A stretch of 57,000 bases of DNA, the filler included, from Basidioascus undulatus (lineage: Eukaryota): NCBI GenBank assembly GCA_000826855.1. It is 5 parts of 5 records of this genome, joined end to end, with 100 filler letters (N's around TTAATTAATTAA, not from the genome) between each part and the next. Parts side by side here need not be neighbours in the genome. Positions count along the whole stretch, not along the records: positions 34,309 to 45,613 come from JTLS01001024.1; positions 45,714 to 57,000 come from JTLS01001025.1; 3 more parts are not named here. One strand, 5' to 3'. The position numbers were made by a program, and so were the translations under genes. Shown here one piece after another: positions 40,465-51,211 of this stretch (position 1 is the stretch's first letter; every line of letters starts with the position of its first letter). Below the pieces are notes generated by a model that worked only from the letters and a program-made list of their open reading frames with translations, did no database searches and was not told the origin of the DNA.

Positions 40465-40795
40465 TCGGGCTGTCCCGAATGTGGTACTGTGCGCGATGGT
40501 GCGATGGTGGGTGCGGAAAGGAGGAGCGATGCGGACGGCACTCGGTATAAATTCCCTTGCGTCGAAGGGGACGTTAAGTGGGTGAGAAACAACATCCGTC
40601 GCACTGTGACGTGTGCCGGAAAAGCCAATGATCGAATGGGAAATAGCAAAGTGCACACCGCCGCAAGTCAGATCAGCTTCCGGTCCGCCGAGGGACGTGT
40701 TTCAGTTGCAAACGAGAAAATAAAGGGGGAGTATGTCATTACCCGTCAGAAACATAGTCGCAAATGCAATAAAGATTAAGGTACAATGCGATTGG

Positions 40796-42128
40796 CTACG
40801 GCCAAGGATCTCCCACAGACAGCGTAGCAGTACTGGACACGTCCGATCCCGACGACTCCCGCGCCACCTCAACCTCAACCTGGAAGACCTGCAGCCTCGG
40901 CAGCGGAGCCCTATCGGCCGAATCGTTCACGGCCGCCGATGCACTCGCCGTGTTGACCTTGAGCTTCTCCTCCTCTCCCAGCAAGCCCCGCGCGACCTCC
41001 TCGACCCCCGCACGCAAGTTCGCATCCGACCCGGCAGCAGCCACGAATGCCTCGAGTGTCTCGCGCGACTTGCGGCATGTGCGCTCCGCCCGGCCGAGCT
41101 TGACGCGCAGCTGCATGACAGCCTCGGCGTCCATACGATGCCGCGATTCGGCCTCGGCGCGGTCCGCGCGCGCGGCAATGAGCTCGGCGCGCAGAGAGGC
41201 GATGAGCGTCATCGCGTCCGATAGCTCATCGGAGAGGTCCGTCGTCGGCGCTGCACCGGTCGGTGGAGAGGCGGAACGAGCCGCGGAAAGCGGGCGAGGA
41301 GGAGGGTGTGCCGGAGGATGCGAAGAGATGGGCGAGGCGGAAAAATCGAGAGTAGAAAGACGCTGCAGTTGTTGTTGCTGTGGCGGCGGAGCAGAGCCGT
41401 TTTCCAAGTAGGGATGCTCGGGTTCGTACCAGTTGTTCAGCTGAGCTTGCGCTATCCACGCCAGCTCGGCCTCATGCTGTTGATTCTGCTGCTGCTGCTG
41501 CTGCTGCTGCTGAGCGAGCGCCTGCGCCTGTTGAAACGCGATCCGGTGGTCCCGCTGACGAGTCTCGTTGAAACGACTGTACTTGTTGATAAGCGATCGA
41601 ATCGTGTCAGCGTCTTGATCGACGCGAAAGATGGGCATCCTCTCGGCCAAGGCAGCGCATGCGCGATCAGCTCCGGTGGGGTCGACGAAGGCGATGAGGG
41701 CGCATGGAGTGCCATTCTCGATCCACCGAGAGACGCGCTGACTAGTGAGTAAAATGGAGCAGTTCGAAAGGACGCAGTAATGAGCGAGCACGATGGCACG
41801 GCATGATCGACGAGAGGTACGTACACTGCGCCCCACTTTGAGCAATGTTGCCGCAGTGCCTCCATGTTGTCCCATCTGATAATCCTGACTTTAGCATTAC
41901 AAATATCCAAGAATGGTTCATTCGCCGCACCCTGGAGGCAGCACGCTGGCGTAGAGCGTCGCGTACCGCGGCTTAGACGCCCCGCGCTGAAGGGGCATTC
42001 CGCCGCGGCTCGGGATAGAAGCATGGCGGCTGCCGGCCAGCGAGGAGCGCACCGATTCTGATCAACCAAAGCGGTCAGAACAATCATGGGATAACTGGAT
42101 GGGTTTGGAAATTACTTTGAACCGGCAT
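40796..42128 (-). CDS. Protein with a divergent RRM-like domain, polyQ tract and C-terminal coiled coil (start uncertain)
   Basis: Spliced LYASVLPPG|WDNMEALRQHCSKWGAV..PCALIAFVDPTGADRACAAL fits the RNP2/RNP1 pattern. Q-run and heptad-rich LRAELIAAR..VMQLRVKLGRAE follow. Confidence 0.6.
41487..41512 (-). repeat. (CAG)n microsatellite encoding polyglutamine
   Basis: Run of ctg triplets on the + strand. Confidence 0.9.
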
Positions 42129-44244
42129 CGTGTATCTATGTCGTTGCGGACTGGGTGAGTTCGACGTACAAACCGACGCAATCTAGCCAGCGCGAACAGC
42201 TTACCGTGGCGTGGCGGGGCGGTCGGGATTGAGTGCTGTCGATACCGTCTGGTATGATGGAGCAATATTAAGAAAACTAACAGCGGATGGCGAGTGGTAA
42301 GAAAGAAGGCCCGAGGCAGTCGGATTCGACGGAACGCACCAGCTTTAAGAGTTTCGGCTTTCGCTGGAATTCCCCTGTCGGCCTCCGGCAGGGCAGCTTT
42401 CTCCGCCGCCGCGTCTTCTCCCTTCCTCTCCATCCTCCATCATCACCCTTCATTCTCCACAGCCAATTGGTTTTCTCTAGCAGGTGAGTTGGCAACTGGA
42501 TTGCTATGGCGGACTCCATGGGTCTCGAGAAGACGACAACCTATCGAAGCCCTTCTTCGGGAGGGTCCCGTACGCCGGGGGAGACCACGGTTTCCTAGCT
42601 TTCCGCTCGGGTACCTCTGCGCCTCGTTTTGAGGACGGGGGACCGCCTGGGCGGGACGGCGCTTCCGGTCGGTGACGGCCCCAATATAGTCTTAGTTACA
42701 CTGATCGAATATCTTGGAGCCCGTCCGTTACGTTCGTTGTCGTGTAACGGCTTTGCTGACGCCTCACGTTAGCTTTCTCCTACAGGTTCAGCGGCTGGAT
42801 TGGCGTTGAGAGGCCGATATCTTTAACTGGTGAGTCTCCGTTCTCGTTTGTGAGACGCCGGTGCTTGCGGCCCGATCAGCTCACCGTCTGTCGGACGGTT
42901 CCTATGATTATCACCAATCACATTCACAAGCTCAACAGTCCAAGCCTCCGGGCCGTGCGGACTTTCTTCTTCTGCAATAATGAGGGATCCGACAGGCACA
43001 CACGCTTCGCTTTGACTATCCGAACGTGTACTGACCATTCCCTGCGCGCCCTTGCGAACAGTTTGTGTTTAGCCGCATAACATGTTAGAAGTAACATTCC
43101 GTTCTCTTCTTGTCCAGTCTACCTAATGTTTCCCTACGCATTGCTCCATACATTCTATCCCGTGCTTGACGGAAGCTGGTTGCTGTTCGGACGTGTCTGC
43201 CCTTCGGATGCCACATGCTTTCTGTATCGGTAATTCAACGTGGTCTCATAGTTGTCTATCTGCGTTCAAAGCTTAGGCGATAGTTAGGGCAAACGGGTGC
43301 GGCTGGGAGCGGAAGGGCCGCATGCGCGGGGCCCACGATTGACTTGCACCACTCTCGCAACGGTGTCGACTTGACGGTGCTTTCATGAATGGGCGCATCG
43401 CGTCTATGAGATTTACGAGTGCATTCATGGTGTACGTCTCGACATGTGCGTGGCAAGAGGAAGGCTATGGCGTGACGGTCCAAAAATTATCGTCCCCAGA
43501 CGTCCTCATCCCAGTATGCGCGACGCATTCGCGTTGTTCCCCTTATTCCCTATGCACAGTCATTCTCGGCTTTATTCTCACATGCCCAGTCATCCTCACT
43601 CGATTCCAAACTTGAAAGTGAAGGGAAACCCTCACAGCGTTGTCATGGACAGCATCCGGCGCTAGCAGTCTCCCATCTGCAGGCCGTCTTCTACTGATCT
43701 CCCACTCTGTACGATGCGGATGCCCGCGTTTTTTGGGCTCCGCGCGAGGTCGAGTTGAAGCGGACGGGCAGCGGTCGTCCACGGAGCTCGCTACTGCCGA
43801 TTCGCGCTGATTGACAAGGTGCTCAACCTGCACCGGATTTGTTTTGCAGGGGAAGTTATGTACAAAATTGCTTCTCATTTCAATGAAATGAAGCGAACTA
43901 GACAGTAACCAGCAAGGACCTGCGCCACACCGCAAACATTCCTGACCGCCAAACCGGCAAGCATCCGGCAGTGACAGATATCCGAATCGTGCATCGTCGT
44001 CATGCAATGCAGAAGTCAGGGAAGGGGTCTGATACTAGTACATCGGATGCGAGATGACACAGAGAGTGAGTGGAGAGCAGCAGCAGATGTCGATGGAAGG
44101 AAAAGCCGGGAGATGTTAACATGAGTCAGTCGGGACGAAACGGTGGAGGGGTCTAGATGCACGGGGCAGGGGATTTTGGGGTGGGGAGGGAGAAGAGGAA
44201 GAGGGAAGAGGGAAGAGGAGGAAGAGGAAGAGGGGACGAGAGGC

Positions 44245-45340
44245 TTAGTACTGTTGGAGGACACGGGGGAAAGTCAGTATGTGATGTTAGAGGGGAGGGG
44301 AGCGGAGAAAGCGTGAGAAACGCACGCCGTCGTCGCGGCGACCGTACCCACCGCCACCGTACCCACCACGGCCACCACCGTAGCCACCGCGGCCACCGCC
44401 GTACCCGCCCCGACTGCCACCGTACCCGCCGCCGCCGCCGCCCCGCCTGGGACCGCGGTTGAAGCCGCCCTCCCTGGGTTCCCGACGCTCCGACGCAAAG
44501 TCCAGGCGCACCGCACGGCCACCAACGTCAAGGCCGCTCTCGACCGCCGCGGACGCCTCGTCCACGCTGCCCATCTCGACGTAGCCGAAGCCCTTGCCGC
44601 GCCCGGTCTCGCGGTCCTTGATCAGGCGCACGTCCTTCACATTCCCGAACGACTCGAACGCTGCCGCCACCTCGTCTACGCCGATCTCGTACGGCAGGTT
44701 CCCGACGTACACGCTGGAGGACGGGGGGTTGGCCTGGCGCGGCGCGCGGTCAAAGCCGCGATCGCCGCCGCGAGGCGCGCGCTCGCGGGGCTCGCGCGTG
44801 CTCGCCTGGCGCGGGGTCGCGATGTCCACGCGGACCGGGCGGTTGTCGATCGACTTGCCGTCTGCCGAGAGCGCCTTCTGCGCGTCCTCGGCGGAGGCAA
44901 ACTCGACGTAGCCAAAGCCCTTGGACCGGCCGGAGAACTTGTCGGTGATGATGCGTGCGGAGACGACCTCGCCGAGGGTCGAGAACTCGGACGCGAGCCA
45001 GTCCTCGTTGATGCCGAACTGATGGTTTCCCCAGCGACCCCAACGAGCAAATGCTCTGTCAGGGAGGATGGGAGGAGATGGGACGGGGATTGGGGCAAGA
45101 ACGCACGGAAAGGCCGCCGACGAAGACGGTGCGCGAGGCGGACTCGGCCTCCTGCGCGGGGTCGATCTCGGCGGGCGCGGCGGAGTCGTTGAAGGTGGAG
45201 TAGAGGCGGAGGGAGGCGAGGCGGAGGGGCGCGGTTGCGACGGCCGGGCGGACGGCGACGCTGGCAAGGGTGCGGGCGGCGACGGCGGGGGATGCAGTGC
45301 GCGCCACGCGGACGGCGGTTTTGAGGCTACGGGCGAACAT
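44245..45340 (-). CDS. Two-RRM + RGG-tail RNA-binding protein (Nsr1/Gar2-like RRMs) with mitochondrial-type presequence
   Basis: VFVGGLS|FGINEDWL, RSKGFGYVEF, VYVGNLPY, RGKGFGYVEM, RGGYGG repeats. Last coding exon is TAC TAA (44245-44250). Confidence 0.9.
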
Positions 45341-45540
45341 GAAGGGAGGTGGCGGCAGAGGATGAGGGGTTAGGGAAAGAGAAGACGGGTATCGAAAAGG
45401 AAGCGAGAAGGCCGGGCAGGGAAGATCTGGAGACTTTCGGCCGAATGAATTCGCTGCCGTCCGACAGAATCTCTGGAGGTAGTTGAGGCATTGTCGCGAT
45501 TCACTCTTCCCTTCAATTACTCAACCCAAACGCGAGCAGC

Positions 45541-45613
45541 ATGTCCTACGGCCAGGGATACAACGGCGGTTACGGCGGCAGCGGCGGGTACGGGGGCGGA
45601 GGGGGGCATCATG
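45541..45613 (+). CDS. Start of a gene with a Gly/Tyr-rich N-terminus (truncated by contig end)
   Basis: ATG then MSYGQGYNGGYGGSGGYGGGGG. Too short to assign. Confidence 0.5.
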
Positions 45614-45713
45614 NNNNNNNNNNNNNNNNNNNNNNNNNNNNNNNNNNNNNNNNNNNNTTAATTAATTAANNNNNNNNNNNNNNNNNNNNNNNNNNNNNNN
45701 NNNNNNNNNNNNN
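45614..45713. other. Artificial contig-joining linker
   Basis: 44 N + TTAATTAATTAA + 44 N. Confidence 0.99.
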
Positions 45714-46703
45714 CCCCCCCCTTCCTCAACCGCCGCTCCCGCTTCGACGAGCGCGGCAACGCCCGCGACCCCTGCTACAGCGCCCTCGCCCAAGACGCCC
45801 AAGTCGCCTGCGACGGGCAAGGCGACGGCGAAGGGCAAGGGCGCGGCGGGCACCGCGAGAAAGCCCTCGGCGAAGCGGCGAGCGTCAGCAAAGACGAGCG
45901 CGGACATCATGGCCGAGGTCAAGGAGGAGTACATGCGCGAGGCGCAGGAGCGCGCGGCGCGCGAGGGCGGTGTCCCGACGGCGCTCGGCTTCCCTGAGCC
46001 GCCGTCTGCAACACTGGCGCAAGACGACCCGGTCGCGTACCTCGAGAACGCGCTGTCCGACTTTGCCGCCGCACCTCCCGAAGGCGAGGCGCGCGCGCTG
46101 TCCGCGATGGGCAACGACTTCCAAAGCGTCCTTGGCGCGGCGGCTGGCGAGGTGCCCAGCCCGTCCATCAACAGCTCCCTGCCCGCCTTCACCTTCCCTT
46201 CCTCCTCGTCCGCCCCTCCCGCTCCGTCAACATCCGCGCCCTCAGCGTACCCCCCCTTCTCCGCGCCCGTCGCGTCGTCGGCACCACCTGCCACCGCCCC
46301 GCTCGCGCCCGAACCAGAACCCGAGCCGCTCGACTTCTCTTTCTTCATCGACGAGGACAACTTCCGCGACGACGAGGACAAGGACGCGGCGGACAAGGAT
46401 AAGGACGGGGACGAGGTGGCCGAGACGCCCGAGCTCGTGCCTGCCAGCGCTAACTCGTTCGGTCCGAGCCCGGAGAGCGTCGCGGACGAGGTCGAGTCGC
46501 CGAACCTGCACCCGGGCACGGCGCGCCTGCCGGACGCATCAGGCGCGGGCGGCAAGGGCGGCAAGGGCGCACCGGACATCTACAGCCCTGGCGCGGTCGG
46601 CCACCCAGATACCTTCGGCGCCGGCTGGTTCGGCGGTGCGGACGGGTTCAACTTCGCGGGCGACGGCGTACCGTCCGATTGGCTCATATCCACTCAGCTC
46701 TAG
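45714..46703 (+). CDS. 3' part of a low-complexity hypothetical (probably nuclear) protein
   Basis: Open from the contig edge with strong GC3 bias. SPKTPKSP, LDFSFFIDED, ETPELV..GPSPES. Stop at 46703. Confidence 0.7.
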   Translation, partial: PPPSSTAAPASTSAATPATPATAPSPKTPKSPATGKATAKGKGAAGTARKPSAKRRASAKTSADIMAEVKEEYMREAQERAAREGGVPTALGFPEPPSATLAQDDPVAYLENALSDFAAAPPEGEARALSAMGNDFQSVLGAAAGEVPSPSINSSLPAFTFPSSSSAPPAPSTSAPSAYPPFSAPVASSAPPATAPLAPEPEPEPLDFSFFIDEDNFRDDEDKDAADKDKDGDEVAETPELVPASANSFGPSPESVADEVESPNLHPGTARLPDASGAGGKGGKGAPDIYSPGAVGHPDTFGAGWFGGADGFNFAGDGVPSDWLISTQL

Positions 46704-48047
46704 CCAGGTGCCCAGAGCTTCGATGATTCCCTTTAACGTCTTTCCCATGCCCTAATGCTTCTCGTCCGAAGAACTGTAATAGTCCCCGCCTCCGTGTCCC
46801 GTATCGCCTCCAAAGTGAAAAAGAACCGCACACCCCTCCGTTGCTTGCATTTTTCTGTCTGTCCATTTTACGTCGCCTCCATTCCCATTCCCACTCCATT
46901 ACCGTGACCCATAGCTCTCCGACGCCTTACCCGCGTTCCCCGTGTTCGCTGCGCTTTATCTCCTTCGTCTTTGTTTTCCCGCTCGTGCTTTGAATTGTAT
47001 TCGAGACGCTCCTGCGGTGAGCATGTACTCTGGTGTTCTGAAGACTTCTGCCAGTGTGTGCCCTGCCTGCAGCGCTCGAGAAGGTTGGGCTGCCGCCGCT
47101 TGTGTCGAAAAACACTCGGCTTGCGCTTCCCTCGGCTTGCACTTCCCTCCAGCTAGGTCCCTCGCAGGAATTTCTAGGAGCATTCCCTAACGTAAACCCA
47201 TGGGCTCACTTTGTGCGGAAAGGTCATGCGGATAGCATCGTGTGTATGTTGCCGCCTGCAGTGTAGACAGGGCGGCCTGCGAGGAAGGCCCGTCTGCCCT
47301 CCCGGATAGGATGGATGTCTGTGGGGCTTTATGGCTACATTTCCAGCTGGGGGTAATTTACAGTAGGTAAACGTTAGATAGGAATGCTGTGTTGAAAGAT
47401 CCCAAATCGCTGTCATGATCAGGGACGGCGCGAACGTTTGGCAGTCCCTGACACTCCGAGAACGTCGCTTCCCTTCGCTTATGTTGAAGCGGAAACAATT
47501 GTCTGTTGCGTTAATCCAATTAATATGGCTGAATCGGTGGGTGCAAGTACTGGGATTGAACGAAGAAGCCTCATCAAGTCGCGTAACTGACAGGGACGAT
47601 CTGCACACCTTGGGCTCCCTGTCCGGTCGAGGGTGAATATTCTTGTCGCCCTCAGCACCCTCGGCCTTGTATGTTTCACGCATGTCTCTGCAAAATTTTC
47701 TGTAATGTATATTGTGATGCTGTGCGCTTGAATGAAACGAGAGCACATCTTACGTTTAGCTACACAGAAACATCGGGTCACTCTCACAGCGCACCTCTTG
47801 CAGCTTAATATAGTGTGAGATGAAGCCAAACATTTTGGATAATCCAAAGAAAATGTGAGGTGTCATAGCATCCCATGCTCTGGTAGACTACACCTCGGAA
47901 TGCTTATCGGAACGCAAGGGGATGCCGCTGAACGGTACGTGCCTTGGCGGGCTGATCTGCTTTTGCCTTCCGACCCCGACCATCTATCTCCAACGAACTT
48001 CATCACTCGAATCAACTTCCAGCCATATCGCTTCCCACTGCATGATT

Positions 48048-49346
48048 ATGTCCCTCGGAACCGTCATTCACGAGTTCCCTGTCATGGGTGCCGGGCCCAA
48101 GGCCGTCGCTTTGAAAGGGGTCGAGAACGTCGCGTCGTACAGCTGGCTAGATGAAGCTCGGCCTGCGATCTCGGTTCCGGGTAAGCTATAACTTCAGGCT
48201 AGTACAGAATGCCAAATCATTGCTCATATACTAGTGTAGGCTGTCCCAGGGTCTGGACGAACGCCCTGCCGAGGCGCGTGCCCGCAGATTGGGGGCTCGT
48301 CTGGCTCGACGAGAATACTGGGCGTCTTGCCCCCCCTGCGCACCCCCTCGCTCCCCTTTTTGCTGCCGTCGATCATCTGGATCCTGAATACGACTTCGAC
48401 TCGCTCGATCTCATCGCAGATCGCGAAGACCTGCAGAAGCTCCTTCGCTGGACCAGCGGCGGTGCGGGGTCCATGCTGAAATGGCGTATTGAGGTGGACT
48501 GTCTGGGGGACGCTGGGACGGTGCTCTTAACGAGGCGGGAGGGACGCAACTGGGAGTCTCGGATGGGTCTGAGTGGAGTTTTCGAAGAGGAGTATAAGAA
48601 GGCTGCGACCAAGCCGGCGGCTGAGGAACTGAAGGCTGCGACAGGGCATTTCAGGATCGTCGAGCTTGTGAGTTTGCTTCGGTTACCCTATTTGGGCACC
48701 TTATAAAGATATCTAAGGGCACAGCCTTTTGCAGGACCTTGGAGGCTTGAAAGTTTTGATGCGCTTCAAAGTCGACGCGGTCGGGAACCGGGCGGACTGG
48801 ATCGCCGCTCCTGGCTCAGACGACACCGAAGAAGCCGAAGGCGACACGAGCTTCGCGACGGCCTTGGAGGAGCTCGGCATTTCTTTGAAAAGCTCATCTG
48901 AAACGTGCTCTCCCCCTCCCGCTCCGAGCTTTCCAGGCCTCACTGTCTGCCGAACCACGCAGCAGCGCAGCCCGACGCCCTATCGCAGCCTTGTTGAGCT
49001 TGCTGTTCGCCCCGCCTCTTCCCCCTTCAAATGGCACGAGGAGTATCCTGCTCTCTACCTCTCTCAGACTCCGTGGATCTACATCGCCAAGCACGAGCAT
49101 GACGCCTTCTTCGAGGTCCAGCAGGTCGCGGTCCTCGCGGACGGGATGGCGCGCTACAGAGCTGGTGCAGAGCTGGCGATGGGAAGGCTGAGGAAGGTGC
49201 TGAGGGAGATTCTGAAGATTGTGAGGGCGATGGAGAGGGGAAAGAGGCACATGCTCATTTGCGAAGGTGGGAAGCTGAGGCTGTACGAGCGCGTGGGCGA
49301 CCGGGACGACAGGGTGCTGGGGGAGGCGATTTTGGGCAGGTTCTGA
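48048..49346 (+). CDS. Fungal conserved protein of the family often labelled 'geranylgeranyl pyrophosphate synthetase' (RAI1/DXO-like motifs), 3 exons
   Basis: VASYSW..ISVPG|CPRVW, PLAPLFAAV, DLIADREDLQKLLRW, GHFRIVEL|DLGGLKVLMRFKVD, YPALYLSQT. No DDxxD prenyltransferase motif. Confidence 0.7.
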
Positions 49347-49673
49347 GAGTCGCTGCTTGAAATTAGGCCTCATTCATTTCGACCTTTCTTTCGGCCAGCC
49401 AGCAGCTGAGTAGGAAAGAAGGAAACAAGGCCCCTAGACGCTGTATATAGAAAAACAGACATGAAACACTGGTAGAGACGTCAGACACTATACGAGATGT
49501 GTGACGTCAAATCTGTTTTAGCTTTTCACCGCCTTCATGCGCCTAGGCGAAGTCTTCCTTCTTGGATGTGAAGTCTTCCTTCTTGGCCCTTACCCTCGTC
49601 GAACCTCCTCAGCAAGACTTTCGCTTCCACCGATTTCCTGCTCCCACCCAGCGGCATTTCTCGTTCTCCAGCC

Positions 49674-50721
49674 ATGCTCAACCCCTTAGACTCGCCCACC
49701 TCGACGCTCTCATCTGTTTCGGCGCTCTCGGGCTCGCCGCCTACGCTCGACCCCAACACGCTCGCTCTGCTCGACTCATTCCTCTCGTCAAAGGCCGAGG
49801 AGGAGCGGCGCTTCAAGGAGCTGGCCGAGAAGGCCGCTGAAGCTGCTGCGGCCAGGGGTGACGATGAGGCGGAGGAGCCGCGGATAGGGGCGGAGGAAAA
49901 GCCGATGATGAGCGTGGACGAGTATCGCGCTGCCTTCGGGGAAGACTGGCAGCTGAGCCAATTCTGGTGAGTGTAGCTAATAGATATGCTGGGCCTGCCA
50001 GTATGGCGCAAGATGGACTGCGCGCGGAGAACTCATGCGGCAAGCCGTTTGCCGTTCCCTCTCCTCCGAGGGCTACTCTCCGCCGATGGCTAACCGATTC
50101 CACAATCATCTTGCTCACAGGTATTCCACATCGTTTGCGACGCATCTCGCTCGTTGCGTCCGCGCCGAATGCACGCCTTCGTCGATCGTGGCGTTCCTGT
50201 GCTGCCCCACAGCGTTCGTCGCCTTCCAGCACACGAACCCTCTCGAGGGTGCGCGCCTGCTCGAATACGACCAGCGCTTCGCCGTGCTCTCTCCGAGGCA
50301 ATACGTGCTGTATGACCTGGACGAGCCAGACGACTTCCCCGAGGAACTGAGGGGTAGCGTCGAGGTAGCCGTGGTGGACCCGCCGTTCTTGAATGAGGTG
50401 CGTGTTCTTTAACAGCTCATAATTTGTGGTACAAAAGCTGAATGTGATCTGACAAATCTTATGCGACAGGTCACCAACAAGAAAGTGATCCAGACGCTGC
50501 GCCAGATCCTGCACCCGACGCGAGGCAAGCTCATCCTCCTCACCTCCACCTCGATCGAGTCCATCATCCACCGTCTCTACGCCGAGCTGCCGCTGGGACC
50601 GCTGCGTAAAACGGCAATCGAAGTCGAGCACGGCCAGCTCGCCAACGACTTCGCGTGCTGGGGCTCTTGGGAGGGGGCGGAGACGTTTGGCAGGAAGGTC
50701 GAGGAGGCATCCGTGTTGTAA
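49674..50721 (+). CDS. EFM5: eEF1A lysine methyltransferase (Efm5/N6AMT2/EEF1AKMT1), 3 exons
   Basis: EDWQLSQFW|YS, AFLCCPTAF, LLEYDQRF, VVDPPFLNE, LANDFACW. Confidence 0.93.
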
Positions 50722-51211
50722 TCTTTCTCTTTGGATCCCTCGGATCTGTACCAGCGCGGGTCAGGGTTGAGTTGCTTTCCGTGTGTGTGATCGCATGACG
50801 GATCAGTTAACTGTTCACATCCCGAGGCCTCTGTGCGACGGCAACACACGGCAGCACTGTATCATGAGTTCTCTTATTAGCGTGGATAAATGCTCAAATG
50901 CATAAGGAATTCAGTTCTAGTTCCTCTCTCAAAGCTTGAGGTGCGCAGGCGGCGTGCAGGGCTGCAAAAGCCTGTAGATTCCCCACTGTGCTCCTGATAT
51001 TCTATTCGCGGTAAAGGTTTCGATACTTACTTGGAATGTTCCAGACCACCATCCAAAAAACAAACCAATCAAGATATCGTTGGTATCGCAGCAACTTGGC
51101 GACCTGAAATTGGCTGAAACTGGACACTACATCGCGTGGCTACATTGCCAAGTCGTTTGATTTCAACACACACCGCCCTCAACCCAAAATATAGACATTA
51201 CAATCGGGCTC

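Noticed and set aside
45541..45613. DBP2-like helicase start
   Set aside because: Gly/Tyr-rich N-termini occur in many proteins, and only about 24 codons are available.
45662..46579. Long antisense or overlapping ORFs over GC-rich genes (also 20998-21543, 56035-56661)
   Set aside because: Shadow ORFs caused by high GC3 on the coding strand.
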